Of a stretch of DNA of 64,000 nucleotides, positions 63,345 to 64,000 are shown in pieces. The stretch comes from Nitrospirota bacterium (GTDB lineage Bacteria > Nitrospirota > Thermodesulfovibrionia > Thermodesulfovibrionales > Dissulfurispiraceae), in the NCBI GenBank assembly GCA_963790025.1, contig CAWBMP010000004.1, forward strand, positions 704,001-768,000, written 5' to 3'. The number at the start of each line of letters is the position of its first letter. The first letter of the stretch is position 1. Under the pieces are notes generated by a model. The model did not search any database. It had not been told where the DNA came from and saw nothing but the letters and a program-made list of their open reading frames with translations. The translations under genes and the position numbers were made by a program.

Positions 63345-64000
63345 TGAAAAAAAAGATAACAGTTGTCGGCGCAGGCAATGTAGGGGCTTCTCTTGCACAG
63401 ATGATCGCTCAGGACGGCGCCGCCAACGTGGTGCTGTGCGATATAGTTGAGGGGGTTCCCCAGGGCAAGGCACTCGATATGTCCGAGGCATGTCCTTTAT
63501 GGGGATCGGCGTCATCCATCACCGGTGCGAATGACTATTCTTACACGACGGATTCAGACATAATTGTGATTACTGCCGGGTTGGCCAGAAAACCTGGAAT
63601 GAGCAGAGATGATCTTTTATTTGCCAATGCAAAGGTGATATCCGGTGTTGTAGAAAGCACCTCGAAGCTGTCCCCAAAAGCAGTTATCATTATCGTTACA
63701 AATCCCATGGACGTTATGACCCAGGTTGCACTCAAGGTGTCCGGTTTCGATTGGGCCAGGGTGATAGGGATGGGCGGCATCCTGGATTCCGCACGGTTCA
63801 GGACATTCGTAGCATGGGAATTGGGAGTATCCCCTCAGGATGTCGAGGCTCTCGTGCTCGGAGGACATGGAGACCTTATGGTTCCAATGCCACGATTTAC
63901 TACAATCAAAGGAGTAGCACTCCCGGCGTTACTGAGCCAGGAGCGGATCGACGAACTCGTCAAAAGGACCAGGAGCGGCGGAGCAGAGATAGTAGCACTG
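63344..64000 (+). CDS. mdh: Malate dehydrogenase, partial (runs off the window)
   Basis: Translated by hand: [14 protein letters not shown]...GKALD...RKPGMSRDDL...VTNP...LDSARF. Confidence 0.95.
   Translation, partial: MKKKITVVGAGNVGASLAQMIAQDGAANVVLCDIVEGVPQGKALDMSEACPLWGSASSITGANDYSYTTDSDIIVITAGLARKPGMSRDDLLFANAKVISGVVESTSKLSPKAVIIIVTNPMDVMTQVALKVSGFDWARVIGMGGILDSARFRTFVAWELGVSPQDVEALVLGGHGDLMVPMPRFTTIKGVALPALLSQERIDELVKRTRSGGAEIVAL

Overview
A 64-kb window from an anaerobic bacterium; gene content and order suggest Nitrospirota or Desulfobacterota (inference). It has four zones. (1) 0.1-14 kb, respiratory genes: a cytochrome c3/Fe-S/NrfD operon and a 13-heme cytochrome c/cytochrome b operon face each other around a NarL-type two-component system and share a phased TAGG-N8-CCTA promoter design; a split-Soret-like cytochrome follows. 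(2) 14-27 kb, housekeeping: leuA, pssA, psd, ilvC, tatA, scpA, hisG, murB, nfnAB. (3) 27-64 kb, a propionate super-cluster: a collapsed methylcitrate operon (prpB'/'prpC remnant), acnA, two near-identical prpE copies 27 kb apart, ATP-dependent PCC, bioB, a transcarboxylase-like module, meaB, mutase, epimerase, sucCD, sdhCAB and mdh, with a TGCA-N6-TGCA operator found three times. (4) 46.6-51 kb, inside zone 3: a toxin-antitoxin hotspot around a RAYT transposase gene bounded by inverted repeats. The strongest unexplained signal is a tail-to-tail pair of ~170-nt folded elements at 22126-22494, with a conserved covarying core and unrelated 34-35-bp closing stems. Other non-coding signals: a candidate sRNA at ~15.7 kb, a REP-like hairpin family also amplified in frame inside the 13-heme cytochrome, and an IS200/IS605-like mini-element. 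All calls were made by eye from the sequence and ORF track; no searches were run.
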